Of a DNA stretch of 31,866 nt, positions 1-10,147 are shown in pieces. This stretch comes from a virus. Lineage: Duplodnaviria; Caudoviricetes. Both the position numbers and the translations under genes were made by a program. A model generated the notes under the pieces. That model ran no database searches, had not been told where the DNA came from, and worked only from the letters and a program-made list of their open reading frames with translations. The stretch is from IMG/VR virus record IMGVR_UViG_3300020457_000045, positions 1-31,866 of that record; one strand, written 5' to 3'. Each line of letters begins with the position of its first letter. Within the stretch, counting starts at the first letter, position 1.

Positions 1-2
1 AT

Positions 3-3000
3 TGTTACGTCAGAGAAAGGAAGAATATCCTTAGTAGGATAACCATTCTCCATAGTCCTGATCTGCATAGAGATAGGAATGTTAGTATCTTTGGTCTTGA
101 AGAATACATCAATACCAGTTAAGAATACACCACCCTCATCATCAACAATGAATGATTGAGCAAGAGGGTCATACCAACCAATCTGTCTTGTCTCAGTCCT
201 AGTTGTGATAACCTGTCTAGTATCTGAAACGGTATCTTTAACCAATTCAGCATTTCTAACTGCTAAGATATTCTCTCTAACAGTCTTCAATGTACCTTGT
301 GCTGAGTATGTGGTATCAGCAGATGAATCTACCTCTCCACTCGCCTTACTGTTCGTCGATGACGTTGTGAATCGGAATGTCCTTGTACCTGTAGCCCAAC
401 GAGGGTTTGAATCGTTACCTGGGTTAGGAATAAAGAATGATCCTTTGAAACTTCCAACATTGTCTGTAAGTAAACGACGGTCTTTAACAACTGCACGTGC
501 ACCAGATGTCTGTCCTACCAATACTTCTCCGACATTCATATTGCCGTAGTAGTTAGGGTTGACACTCTCTGATAGAGATGCAGTATCAATATTAATATAA
601 GGTGTCTGCGATGCATAAGACTCTGCTAATGTCGCAGTACCTGTCCCATATGGGTCAGTCTTATATCCATCATTTGCTGGAGCAACCTTAAATCTACATC
701 CTGAAATACTACCAACTACAGTCTCACCTTCAACGAAAGGTGTCTCGTTAGTTTGTGGATCAGCAGTAGATGATTTAACGATCTCAATAACTTTAGGTGT
801 GATATAGGTTGTAACATTAACACCATCAAAGAATGCATAGATTCTTGTGCGTGGCTTCATCCTATCACAGTTGAATGAAACGTTACGAGATCTAATCCAA
901 GGGATCGCTGTTTGTGATAACTGTGTATCTCCTAAAGATTTCTTATCGATCTTAGCAACAACACGAGTCTTAATACCCTGTCTTGCTTGGTTATTAACAA
1001 CCCTCCAAGTACGTCTTTCATGTACGAATAGAGGCTGTCTTCCTTGTCCATGACCCAATCTACCGAGTCTACGACCACCTGCACTGAATGATCCAGATCT
1101 GTTTCTAAACTGTGAAGTAGATTGTAGTGATTCACCTGTCCAGTTGGTCTTCCATGATCCCCACTGAATAGGAGCGAATCCATTCTGGTCAACTTGTAGG
1201 TCTCTTGATACAGCAGAGAAGTCACCTTCTACGTTTTCAACACGTGCTGGTAATCTCTTGATGTCAACCCAGTCATCTGATGCAGGAGTTAGGTCAATAC
1301 GACCAATGAAAGTAAACACGTTAAATGGGTTTACATTCTCTACCCTAGATGCATATGGTTGTGTAATGATTGCTAGATCTTCCCATGGTAGCAATGCCAT
1401 GTTACCAGTAGTCTTAACAATATTACTTGAAGCACCAAGGTTTAATTCGAGTGGGACGTTAGTTGTATAGTGTGATGGTCTAAGGAATCCATTCTTGAAG
1501 TCGAGAGAGCATTTGTAGTCAACTGAGAAAACGTCACCAACGTTGTGATCGGTAAAGTCATCAACAACGTAACCATTCTTAAGACGGTCAAATCCGTTAT
1601 CATCATAAGTCTTAGTATTTTCTGCTTGTGATTCTAATAGAGATAGAGATGTGTAGTACTCTACATGCTCTAGTCTTGTCTCAAGATCACCGATATCCTT
1701 CATGGTATATCGTCTAATAATCTCAGGACTGATTAGAATATCTCTTTCTACATCATATGTAAATGGACGGTATTCAATCTGTGCTAATAGCATAGCATTA
1801 GCAATACCATCAGGAGGTGGTAGATCCTCAGAAGATACACCCTTAACTATCTTAAGTTGGTTATCATGTGTCAAGTATAACTTGTCAGCACGAGGGAGAT
1901 AGTATGAGTAATCCATACGGATCTCAGTATTCACCTTCGGTATATCGAAGATGGTTGATCCTCCAGTACCTCCAGAGGTATCAAACTGTCTAGCAGCAAA
2001 GTCTAGTGATGCACAGTTAACATAGAAAGGAGCAGTAACTGTACCTGACCCAGATGCCAATTCACCTACACCTGGACGGAAATCTACTTGGTCTCTTAGG
2101 AAGTTAATAGATCCATCAAGTTTATAGGTTGGAATATCTTTGTAACTAATACCAGTATATGACTGAGATGAGAAGTAATCTCCAGATGATTCATGGATGA
2201 AGTAATCAAAGATGATTAACATCTTACGAATAGGTGGAGTATACTGTGGATACCTACTGATCTTACACACATCATAGTAGTGTGCTTTCTGACCTGGATC
2301 TAAAGTAAACTGTGTAGTAATAACTTTACTACCTCTGAATACTGATCCTTCAGCATCATCAACGAATGCTGATAGTGGAATTCCATCATCATCTACACCT
2401 TCAACAGTCTCACCAGCAGCAAATGGAATCTCATTTAACTGGACATAGTATAGTCTTAGAGTAGAGTTGATAAACTGAATAACTCTACCACGAGCACCAG
2501 ATGTCTTACCTATAATAACTGTGCCGTTATCAAAGAAGGTTGACTCTGTTAATACAATATAAGGAGGTGATGCATCGCTATCATTCTCTGACTCATATAC
2601 AGCATGTACTTTGTATACGTCATTAAGAGCAAATGATATCTCTTCATCTTCAATACGTGTGCCATATAGGTTACCATATGCCAAACCATATTTTTGTTGG
2701 TCGTTGTTAATACGAGTGCGGATAACTTTCAACGCTCTCATCTTAGCAGCAGTCTTAATCTTCTTACTGACGATATTCTTAGATACCAATGCAGTTAGTT
2801 TGATAGTAGATACGTTAGCAAGACCATCAATAGTAATTGACTGTCTATCAGCACCAAAGGTAACTGTCAAAGTACCAACAGTGTTAAGTGAATCTATATC
2901 TAAGTTTTCTCCAACTGACCATGCAGATCCTGATTCTGCAATGATAGTTAGAATATAGTTTTCATCGTCAAGTGTTGCAAACTGCTCTGATTCTGGTAGT

Positions 3001-5153
3001 GATACAGTAACACCACCTGATACAACAGTCTTATTAGTGAATGTCCTGAATACAAAGAATGATTCGTCAGAGATTGACTTCATTGATGTACGTGGACAGT
3101 CAATGGATAGCTCACCATTCTGGTAGTCTTTCTGGAAGATGAATGGTCTCATACGTGCGAGAGCATTTACTTCTCCATCATTAACAGTACCTTTCTTCAG
3201 ACCAGATTCTAGTAATGCATACTGGTTTAAGTAGTCAAAAATATACGACGACTGACCTGTAGCAGCATTTGTAGATGAAGTATTAATTGCAGTAACATCA
3301 ACTGTTGCAACTCTAAGAGTATTCTCACCCTCTTCAGATGTATTAGTTGATGTAACAACGTCTCCTGGACGTAGGTCTTGTGCAAACTTAGATCTGAATC
3401 CTTCTAGTCTACTATTACCTGCTTGGTCGATAGTAATAGTTGTGCCTTCAATGATTCTTACATCATTAAGCATTAAGTTAGCACCAAAGATAATAGCATT
3501 ACCTGTGTTTCTACCAACTACATGTCTACCATCAGTTAGGTTGAATGTATGTGCTGCCTCTAGGGTACCAATAACTCGGCCATCACGCTCGATAACCTCG
3601 CCATTTTGGAAGACCCCTGAGACTTGCTCTAGTCTACAGTTGGTACCTGAACCTTGCTCTGCAACGAAACCTGTTGCCTGAGATGTCCTTCCCTTGAGTA
3701 AATCACCTACCTGTACGTTGTTATTACCTGCTGCAAAGTTGATTGCAGTAAACATTTGGGCATCAAATATCCACAAATCCCAGACACCATTTATGTTAGT
3801 CTCTTGAATCTGGACTGTGCGACACCTACCAATGAGTGTACCTTGGACACTATTAGTAGTGTTTAATGTCCAATCATCATATATCTCTAGTGTTTGATAT
3901 GCAGATGTAACACCTTCACCAGTTAGGTCGGGCCATCCATACACATCGTAAACTTTTACATACTGTCCTAATCTGAATGGTAGGATAGTATTTTGTACTG
4001 AAGCAAAGTCTCTTGGTTTAGGAGCATCCACGTATTGTGGTACCAAAAACTCTGTCCTATAACCTTTAACGTATGCTCTACCTGGGCTAACCTCAAATGA
4101 TACTAAATCGTCTGATGCTAACTGTCCACCAGAGGTAGTATCACCTGCACGGTATACACCATTGTTGAAACCATCATCAAGACTCTCTCTTGCCTTAACT
4201 GTGAAGGTATCAATTACATAGTCGCCACTTTCTTCAAAGGTTCTTCTTGCGAGTGATCTCTCAAGTTCTGAATAAGCAGTGTGAGTAACAAACTGTTCAA
4301 CCTTTGAGTTGTTGATACGAAGTAATTCAATGAAGTTCTTATCGGTCTCATCATTGATTGGCTTCTTAGTAAGAGAAGTTTTAATTCTAAATCTGTGACC
4401 ACCTGGAGCAGAGTAGTTAGATGTACCTGCTGCATTGTCATTAAGTGATGGGTCGTCTTCTGGTGTAACGATTGACTCACTGACTTCAAGTCCAACTCTG
4501 TAAGATGGGTTGTTGTCGTATTGATCAAGGATGAGATATGAGGATGGAACATCAACGAAATGACCTCTAATAAAGTACACACCAGCATTAATGTATGCAG
4601 TAGATGCTACCGCAGTTGCATTAACTGGCAATAGTTGAGCAAATGGTGATCCAACTTCGATCAGTGTAGTACCGAAAGTGATTTCATTTTCGGCCAATAA
4701 TTGCTCGTTGGGCTGAAAAGTCTTGAGGGTAGTGTCACTTGTGGTGTCACCTGACTCAACATACTTAACATACAGAGTAACATAACCCTTAGTAGACTCT
4801 GTAGAAGGGATAGAATATAATACTTTTGCCTTAATACCTGTAGTAATACCCTCAATAATCTGTCCAGTTAACTGGGTACGATACGTCTCAACGTCTACCC
4901 CTAGGAATGATTGTTGAAGTACAATTGCTTGCACCTGAAGGTCATAACCCACCTGACCTGGTATAACCATACTTCCTTCTTTGAAGAAGTGCTGTCCGAC
5001 AGACTCCAACTGGTTTTGCAGTATGGACTGCATGGTCGTGAGCTCACGTGCCTGTATCGGATATCCTGGTCTAAAGAGGACTCTGTAAAAATTCTTGTCC
5101 TTATCAAAGTCATCAAAGTAAGGACTAATGTTTAAATTAGTATTCTGTGGCAT
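3..5153 (-). CDS. vrlC: VrlC/DUF4815-like large virion structural protein, 3' end beyond the left edge (over 1,717 aa)
   Basis: Not in the ORF track because it has no stop in the window. ATG at 5153, 4 nt after the gp8 stop. Hand translation starts MPQNTNLNISPYFDDFDKDKNFYRVLFRPGYPIQARELTTMQSILQNQLESVGQHFFKEGSMVIPG, the typical N-terminus of cyanophage VrlC/DUF4815 proteins. The same frame reads RTMENGYPTKDILPFSDVT at the window edge. An internal stop would have produced a listed ORF, and none is listed. Confidence 0.9.
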   Translation of the reverse strand, partial: MPQNTNLNISPYFDDFDKDKNFYRVLFRPGYPIQARELTTMQSILQNQLESVGQHFFKEGSMVIPGQVGYDLQVQAIVLQQSFLGVDVETYRTQLTGQIIEGITTGIKAKVLYSIPSTESTKGYVTLYVKYVESGDTTSDTTLKTFQPNEQLLAENEITFGTTLIEVGSPFAQLLPVNATAVASTAYINAGVYFIRGHFVDVPSSYLILDQYDNNPSYRVGLEVSESIVTPEDDPSLNDNAAGTSNYSAPGGHRFRIKTSLTKKPINDETDKNFIELLRINNSKVEQFVTHTAYSELERSLARRTFEESGDYVIDTFTVKARESLDDGFNNGVYRAGDTTSGGQLASDDLVSFEVSPGRAYVKGYRTEFLVPQYVDAPKPRDFASVQNTILPFRLGQYVKVYDVYGWPDLTGEGVTSAYQTLEIYDDWTLNTTNSVQGTLIGRCRTVQIQETNINGVWDLWIFDAQMFTAINFAAGNNNVQVGDLLKGRTSQATGFVAEQGSGTNCRLEQVSGVFQNGEVIERDGRVIGTLEAAHTFNLTDGRHVVGRNTGNAIIFGANLMLNDVRIIEGTTITIDQAGNSRLEGFRSKFAQDLRPGDVVTSTNTSEEGENTLRVATVDVTAINTSSTNAATGQSSYIFDYLNQYALLESGLKKGTVNDGEVNALARMRPFIFQKDYQNGELSIDCPRTSMKSISDESFFVFRTFTNKTVVSGGVTVSLPESEQFATLDDENYILTIIAESGSAWSVGENLDIDSLNTVGTLTVTFGADRQSITIDGLANVSTIKLTALVSKNIVSKKIKTAAKMRALKVIRTRINNDQQKYGLAYGNLYGTRIEDEEISFALNDVYKVHAVYESENDSDASPPYIVLTESTFFDNGTVIIGKTSGARGRVIQFINSTLRLYYVQLNEIPFAAGETVEGVDDDGIPLSAFVDDAEGSVFRGSKVITTQFTLDPGQKAHYYDVCKISRYPQYTPPIRKMLIIFDYFIHESSGDYFSSQSYTGISYKDIPTYKLDGSINFLRDQVDFRPGVGELASGSGTVTAPFYVNCASLDFAARQFDTSGGTGGSTIFDIPKVNTEIRMDYSYYLPRADKLYLTHDNQLKIVKGVSSEDLPPPDGIANAMLLAQIEYRPFTYDVERDILISPEIIRRYTMKDIGDLETRLEHVEYYTSLSLLESQAENTKTYDDNGFDRLKNGYVVDDFTDHNVGDVFSVDYKCSLDFKNGFLRPSHYTTNVPLELNLGASSNIVKTTGNMALLPWEDLAIITQPYASRVENVNPFNVFTFIGRIDLTPASDDWVDIKRLPARVENVEGDFSAVSRDLQVDQNGFAPIQWGSWKTNWTGESLQSTSQFRNRSGSFSAGGRRLGRLGHGQGRQPLFVHERRTWRVVNNQARQGIKTRVVAKIDKKSLGDTQLSQTAIPWIRSRNVSFNCDRMKPRTRIYAFFDGVNVTTYITPKVIEIVKSSTADPQTNETPFVEGETVVGSISGCRFKVAPANDGYKTDPYGTGTATLAESYASQTPYINIDTASLSESVNPNYYGNMNVGEVLVGQTSGARAVVKDRRLLTDNVGSFKGSFFIPNPGNDSNPRWATGTRTFRFTTSSTNSKASGEVDSSADTTYSAQGTLKTVRENILAVRNAELVKDTVSDTRQVITTRTETRQIGWYDPLAQSFIVDDEGGVFLTGIDVFFKTKDTNIPISMQIRTMENGYPTKDILPFSDVT

Positions 5154-5157
5154 GTCT

Positions 5158-6693
5158 TTAGAACTCGATTACGATTTTGATGTCTTCAATTTGGTCTCCA
5201 GCACGAGTAATTGCTCCTCTGTTATCTATGTAGATGACATCGCCTGAGTTAGGATCAACTTCTGCTTTTGCATAACCATTAGTAAATGCCATACCTAGGT
5301 CATACTCAGCATTATTAATAACCCTCGTAGAGGATCCAGAAACAATGGGGAAGTTAATATCTGGGTCAGCAGATGCACCTGAGATAGCACCCACAATTGG
5401 GTTACCACCTTCAAACTCGATTAAGTTACCAGTGAATTCAGGGAAGATACCATCAATTCTATTCTGATAATACTTAAGCACTTTAGTAGTTGCATTCCAT
5501 GATATAACACGTCCTCTTGCCGTTACCTGTTGACCACCAACAGTACGAGACTGGGTTATAATCTCGTCAGTCTGGAAGTTTCCAGTAAACGTAGGTGCAA
5601 ATATTGCAGCCTTTGTGGCACTTAATGTCAGGTCAGACGTTAATTCCTGAGTACCAAACTTGTTAGGATTAATTACCAAACCAATACGACGATAGTCGTT
5701 GTCAGTTGGGAAGTCACCAGATCCTTCATCATAGGTGAACTTAGTGTTAATCATCACACGGAAACCACCCAACTCAGTAGCAGGGGATGCTCCATGACCA
5801 CCAGTAGGAGGTATAACAACTTCAACGCTACCACCAGTACCTGTTCCAGCACCAATACCGTTGACTTCATCGATGATTACTTTACCAAAGGTGTATCCAG
5901 ATCCACCAGATGTAACAGTAGCAGAGGCAATACGACCACCATCTACAACAAGTGAAACCCTACCACCAACTCCGTCTCCTTTAATAGGGACGTTTTCATA
6001 GGTACCGTTGTTATAACCTGCACCAGATGATCCAATAACAATAGTATCAATTTCTCCACCGATAGCATCAGCTACAACAGCAGTGTCAAACAACACTGGC
6101 ATGTATTCGTTGGAGAAGAATTTTAAGACTTGACCAACAGGGATCGTAAACATATACTTCCAACGGTAACCATCAGCAGTTGTGATAATTGAAGTGGAGG
6201 TGCCAGTAGGCTCAACAGTACTAGGTTTACCATTAGGATCACTAGGACTGGTGCCGTTGTATATGCACTTGTAAACTTGATAAGACGAGTTAACAACGTA
6301 GAAATCTGCGTCGTATAACTTCGTAGCACCTGACGATGCCGTTTTAGTCGAGGAGTAATCATGACGATACATATCATAAACATAACCCAGACCACCTGTG
6401 GTTTGCTCTGGGGGAATCCAGTCAGTACGACGGATAACCTGAATGGTGTCATTTGCTAACACCCTCTTCAGGGAGATCATATCCGAATAGTCATCGGAAA
6501 ATTCTTGGAATGAATCTACTGGGTCTGGAGGTGCGTTTTCGTTATCCCATGGTTGTGGTCTACCGATAAACACATAAAGGCGATCCCGACTAGTACCCGC
6601 TTCCAGGTCAGACTGAGTAGGATTAGGCCCTTCAAGTGCCTTTCTGAACCTTTCGGCAGTAAATATTCTAAATTGGTCGGTAAGTAATGCCAT
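5158..6693 (-). CDS. gp8: baseplate wedge subunit gp8 (T4 gp8-like), 511 aa
   Basis: Motifs LYVFIGRPQPW, YDMYRHDYS, FYVVNSSYQVYKCIYNG, DGYRWKYMFTIP and C-terminal SGDVIYIDNR...QIEDIKIVIEF are characteristic of cyanomyophage gp8. Position next to vrlC fits. Confidence 0.93.
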   Translation of the reverse strand: MALLTDQFRIFTAERFRKALEGPNPTQSDLEAGTSRDRLYVFIGRPQPWDNENAPPDPVDSFQEFSDDYSDMISLKRVLANDTIQVIRRTDWIPPEQTTGGLGYVYDMYRHDYSSTKTASSGATKLYDADFYVVNSSYQVYKCIYNGTSPSDPNGKPSTVEPTGTSTSIITTADGYRWKYMFTIPVGQVLKFFSNEYMPVLFDTAVVADAIGGEIDTIVIGSSGAGYNNGTYENVPIKGDGVGGRVSLVVDGGRIASATVTSGGSGYTFGKVIIDEVNGIGAGTGTGGSVEVVIPPTGGHGASPATELGGFRVMINTKFTYDEGSGDFPTDNDYRRIGLVINPNKFGTQELTSDLTLSATKAAIFAPTFTGNFQTDEIITQSRTVGGQQVTARGRVISWNATTKVLKYYQNRIDGIFPEFTGNLIEFEGGNPIVGAISGASADPDINFPIVSGSSTRVINNAEYDLGMAFTNGYAKAEVDPNSGDVIYIDNRGAITRAGDQIEDIKIVIEF

Positions 6694-6715
6694 TACTATA
6701 CAATTGCCTTCTTTT

Positions 6716-6723
6716 TATTTATG
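6716..6723 (-). promoter_or_regulatory. T4-type late promoter candidate (CATAAATA) upstream of gp8
   Basis: Minus strand reads CATAAATA in the 34-nt intergenic gap, 22 nt before the gp8 ATG. Matches the T4 TATAAATA / cyanophage NATAAATA late -10 box. Confidence 0.7.
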
Positions 6724-6727
6724 TGGG

Positions 6728-8635
6728 TTATTCACCCTCGTTTCGGGAGAATGTATTATATTCAACAGCTTTGATGTTGGCTAATGCTCCAGAAGTATTA
6801 CCTCTAAGCACTTCACCTACATTAAACTTATAAGTGTCACCATTAGGTATTAAACTCTTAACACTAATAGTGTATTGACCTGTCTTAGGTCCAGATATCC
6901 TACTAACAGAAGTGCTCTTAACACCAGTTGTTACACCTTCTAATACCTCAGCACCCGAAGGACTGCTCTCAACGGTATGTAGGTTCTGTGTAGTATATTC
7001 TATGATTATATCAGCAGTAGATGTATGAGTATCACCATCTCCTAATTGACCAGCAGCCTGTACTGTTGCAACTAATGCATTCTGACTACCGTCATATATC
7101 TGATCCCCTATCTGTAATAGGGTGGTGTTTTGTCCACCAAGAGTCTCCTCTATACCATATTTAGACGATGCAATACCACCATCTAGATTAATCTGGTTTT
7201 CAAAGTCTGTACCAGTGTTAACAAGGTCAATGATACCATCACCAAATCTTTGTACACCTTCACTATCAGTATACTCTTCATCATCATCTTCAAATGCTCT
7301 ATTGAGGATGAGTCCTAGTGGTACAGTGAAAGTAACAATGTCACTTCCTTCCTTTTCAACTAAAACGTGAGGCTCAATACCTGTGCCAGATGATCCAGAA
7401 GTACCTGCAACGAATGCTATATTCTTTGCTTTCTCATTAGATCTACCAGCATCAATGAATGCTAATTCATCAACCTCAAAGGTTAAGTAGAGTGCTCTTT
7501 GAGCAACATCCCAGTCATATACAATAGCAACTCGGTTGTTAGATGACTCTTCAACCCTTCTTACTTTGTCAGTAACACTAAAACTATAAGCAGATAACCC
7601 AGTATTAGGATCATCCTGTAAGTTATCTAATATAACCTTCTGGTCAAAACGGAAGTTAATACCTCTATCACATCCAGTGAAAGCATCGTATGTTGCACCG
7701 TCTACACCAGCTTCAAGTTTACCTGTATATCTAACTAACTCTCTACCAAGTAGGATTTTACCTGAACCTGGGAAAGGAGCAGTAGTTTCAACTGGTATTT
7801 CTGTTTGACTTGATGTTAGATCAGATGTTATACCTGTAAGGTTATATGTAACTGCATTTAACGACTGTCTAACTCTTGCTTCTCTAATAAGGTTAGTATC
7901 CCTAGTAAAGATAATCTCTGGAGGTGTGCTATATCCACCGCCACCTGCCAAGAGGTCAATGTTTGTAATCTTTCCGAGGTTAATAAACGCTTCGGCCGTT
8001 GCACCAGATCCACCGCCTTTTATTATCTGTATAAGAGGAGGATCTTCAAAGAATTCACCCTGATTTGTTAGAGTAATAGATGTAACCTGACCAAATGGAT
8101 TAACAGCAGCAACACCAGTTGCACCCTGTCCTCCACCACCTGAAATGATAAGGTTAACGTCCTCTTCAGTGTAGTTTCTACCTTGCTCTTCAATAGAAAG
8201 ACCAGTTATCAATCCTGTTACTGGTACTAACTCAGACCCTGATCCACCACCACCTTCAATACGAGCAGTAGCATCAAAATAACCATCACCAGGTGTGGTC
8301 ATCTGAATGAAATCTATACTACCGTCTTCTTTAAGGTAGACTATACCATCTGCATGGTTATCTGATCCATCATCTTCAATTACCAATCTTAATGGGTTAT
8401 ATCCTTCACCAGGATCTAACACCTCAACAGCAGTAATCTCCCCTGCTTCACCTTCTATGACAGGTCTTAGTACAGCATCCCTAATAGGCGTACCACAATT
8501 GTCAATACGAAGTCTAGGTGGATCATTAGGATCATAACCACTACCAGGACTAATCACATAGACATCCCTTACCCCTGATATACTATTAAATACAGGGAAT
8601 ATTTGTGCTCCAGATCCAGGGACTGTTCTTGCCAT
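6728..8635 (-). CDS. virion structural protein with Gly-rich beta repeats, 635 aa (probably baseplate-associated)
   Basis: Long ORF tightly packed between structural genes (1-nt gap to the upstream stop). The N-terminal ~245 aa contain about 6 repeats of the I..I.V...G.GY...P.I.I.GGGG.GA.A type common in cyanomyophage baseplate proteins. Confidence 0.8.
   Translation of the reverse strand: MARTVPGSGAQIFPVFNSISGVRDVYVISPGSGYDPNDPPRLRIDNCGTPIRDAVLRPVIEGEAGEITAVEVLDPGEGYNPLRLVIEDDGSDNHADGIVYLKEDGSIDFIQMTTPGDGYFDATARIEGGGGSGSELVPVTGLITGLSIEEQGRNYTEEDVNLIISGGGGQGATGVAAVNPFGQVTSITLTNQGEFFEDPPLIQIIKGGGSGATAEAFINLGKITNIDLLAGGGGYSTPPEIIFTRDTNLIREARVRQSLNAVTYNLTGITSDLTSSQTEIPVETTAPFPGSGKILLGRELVRYTGKLEAGVDGATYDAFTGCDRGINFRFDQKVILDNLQDDPNTGLSAYSFSVTDKVRRVEESSNNRVAIVYDWDVAQRALYLTFEVDELAFIDAGRSNEKAKNIAFVAGTSGSSGTGIEPHVLVEKEGSDIVTFTVPLGLILNRAFEDDDEEYTDSEGVQRFGDGIIDLVNTGTDFENQINLDGGIASSKYGIEETLGGQNTTLLQIGDQIYDGSQNALVATVQAAGQLGDGDTHTSTADIIIEYTTQNLHTVESSPSGAEVLEGVTTGVKSTSVSRISGPKTGQYTISVKSLIPNGDTYKFNVGEVLRGNTSGALANIKAVEYNTFSRNEGE
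7900..8580 (-). repeat. about 6 degenerate ~38-aa protein repeats (V..V.V.xxG.GY...P.l.I.GGGGsGA.a)
   Basis: VRDVYVISPGSGY, ITAVEVLDPGEGY, IDFIQMTTPGDGY, ITGLSIEEQGRNY, VTSITLTNQGEFF, ITNIDLLAGGGGY. Boundaries approximate. Confidence 0.75.
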
Positions 8636-8636
8636 A

Positions 8637-8950
8637 TTAGACGATTACTATATTACCAACCATTGCAGGATGGAGTGTGCATTGATAAACATAGGTTGTG
8701 CCAGCAGCAACATTTTGAGGCACAGTATAATATTGGACTCCTGTAGTAGATCCAGTAACACCAACAGATAAAGCAGCACCACCTGCTGACTGTCTCAATT
8801 CAAATGGGTGTGCTACACCTGATGAATTATTAAATCTGTATGTAAATCCTCTATAAACATAGATTGTTGGATTATTTGCTGATGAATCCATACCACCACC
8901 TGAGAATTGATAATCAGACATGGTAGGTGCAGTAACTGTAAAACCAACTG
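8637..8950 (-). other. cupredoxin/plastocyanin-like C-terminal domain with type-1 copper ligand pattern
   Basis: NPTIYVYRGFTYRF...H(8808-8810)PF...YQC(8679-8681)TLHPAM(8661-8663)VG gives His ... Cys-x2-His-x2-Met. Confidence 0.75.
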
Positions 8951-10118
8951 TAGGACTTACTACAGGATCCCATGAAGTACCATTGTATATGATATTGTTA
9001 TTATTGGCAGGAGTAGAAGAGGTATAAAGATCTGCGTTTACAGTCAACGTATCTGCTGTTGCAGCAGTTGTAACTCCATTACCACCCGCTACAGTTAATG
9101 TAGTAGTTGCACTTCCAGCAGCAGTTGTACCAGAATCACCAGCGATTGTCTGGAATATATTCTGTGATACGTTTGGAGCGTCATTGGTTATTGTGAGGTT
9201 ATCTCCAGAGATAGCAGTAGATACTCCAGTGCCACCAATGATATTAATAGTAGCAGTAGTGCTACTTGCTGTCTTATTTCCTGAATCACTTCCAATTACA
9301 CCATAGGCATTTTGGTTTGCATCACCCAATGCCCCTGTCATGTTTATTGTGAGGGTGTCTCCGACGATTGAAGTCGAGATTTCAGTGCCTCCCGCAATTG
9401 TAAGAACATCAGTAGGAGCACTAGCAGTAGTACTACCAGTGTCAGCAGTGATTCCTTCAAATAAGTTTTGAGTTGTACCACCGCCTCCACCAGATCCTGC
9501 CTCATCATTAGCAGGCTCCCATTTAGTATTTGAAGCGGACCATTTAAGTACTTGACCATCACTCGGACCTCCACCGACTGTCATATCTACGTCATCAAGC
9601 ATCCCTACACTACATGTCGTGTCTATTATTTTAGTCCACGCTGTATTAGTTGCATAGTATGCAGCAGCCTCATCGATAACAACACCAAACATTCCTTTAT
9701 GATCAGTAAATGCTGGTAAATCACCAGATGTTGCAAAGTCATTAGACCATTTTAGTTTACCATCAGCACCATCAATATAGGTAAGTGCCGATCCAGTGTT
9801 TGCTGCCCAGAATTTTATATCACCACTACCATTTGGTTGTATAACTATGTCTCCATTGTTAGATGATACGATTTTCTGACCTGCTACATCTACATCAGCT
9901 GTAAATGCAGAGAAATGACTCTCAGCAAACTGAGCACCATTCCATATTAGTGTTTGTCCATTCGTAGGAGCACCTACGTTGACTTGAAGATTGGTATCGT
10001 TACCTAGATTGGTGTAAATCTCATCAATGACTTGATTCAATTTGATAGCACCATCTCTCAGACTGTCGCCAGTGCCGTCATTAGCGGTAGTACCAATACT
10101 GAGTGTTTGTTTAGCCAT
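8637..10118 (-). CDS. baseplate-attached fibre protein, 493 aa: T4 gp9/gp10-like N-terminus, fibre repeats, C-terminal cupredoxin-like domain
   Basis: N-terminus MAKQTLSIGTTANDGTGDSLRDGAIKLNQVIDEIY matches the T4 gp9/gp10 N-terminal motif (DGTGD.LR.GG.KIN.NF.E.Y). Short fibre motifs GQTLIWNGAQF and GQVLKWSASNTKWEP. Ends HPF...YQCTLHPAMVGNIVIV. Confidence 0.85.
   Translation of the reverse strand: MAKQTLSIGTTANDGTGDSLRDGAIKLNQVIDEIYTNLGNDTNLQVNVGAPTNGQTLIWNGAQFAESHFSAFTADVDVAGQKIVSSNNGDIVIQPNGSGDIKFWAANTGSALTYIDGADGKLKWSNDFATSGDLPAFTDHKGMFGVVIDEAAAYYATNTAWTKIIDTTCSVGMLDDVDMTVGGGPSDGQVLKWSASNTKWEPANDEAGSGGGGGTTQNLFEGITADTGSTTASAPTDVLTIAGGTEISTSIVGDTLTINMTGALGDANQNAYGVIGSDSGNKTASSTTATINIIGGTGVSTAISGDNLTITNDAPNVSQNIFQTIAGDSGTTAAGSATTTLTVAGGNGVTTAATADTLTVNADLYTSSTPANNNNIIYNGTSWDPVVSPTVGFTVTAPTMSDYQFSGGGMDSSANNPTIYVYRGFTYRFNNSSGVAHPFELRQSAGGAALSVGVTGSTTGVQYYTVPQNVAAGTTYVYQCTLHPAMVGNIVIV
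9036..9470 (-). repeat. three ~50-aa tandem fibre repeats
   Basis: QNLFEGITADTGSTTASAPTDVLTIAGGTEISTSIVGDTLTIN / QNAYGVIGSDSGNKTASSTTATINIIGGTGVSTAISGDNLTITN / QNIFQTIAGDSGTTAAGSATTTLTVAGGNGVTTAATADTLTVN. Confidence 0.9.
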
Positions 10119-10139
10119 TTGAATACTTGATTACAGGAT

Positions 10140-10147
10140 TATTTAGG
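10140..10147 (-). promoter_or_regulatory. late promoter candidate (CCTAAATA) overlapping the YHYH-gene stop codon
   Basis: Minus strand CC-TAA-ATA, 21 nt upstream of the fibre ATG at 10118. It has the TAAATA core of the T4 late box. Confidence 0.45.

Noticed and set aside
985-1115. Arg/Gly-rich basic stretch in the VrlC-like protein (RNRSGSFSAGGRRLGRLGHGQGRQPLFVHERRTWR)
   Set aside because: Probably a variable low-complexity loop of this family; nothing else supports a separate function.
205-5135. Short plus-strand and alternate-frame minus-strand ORFs (205-549, 847-1053, 932-1225, 2611-2958, 4214-4588, 4901-5116 and others)
   Set aside because: They overlap the long VrlC-like frame completely, have Leu/Ser/Val-rich shadow composition and show no recognisable motifs.
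8637-8950. Calling the cupredoxin-like domain the auxiliary metabolic gene petE (plastocyanin)
   Set aside because: It is fused to a fibre protein and has no signal peptide, so it is not a stand-alone thylakoid-lumen plastocyanin.
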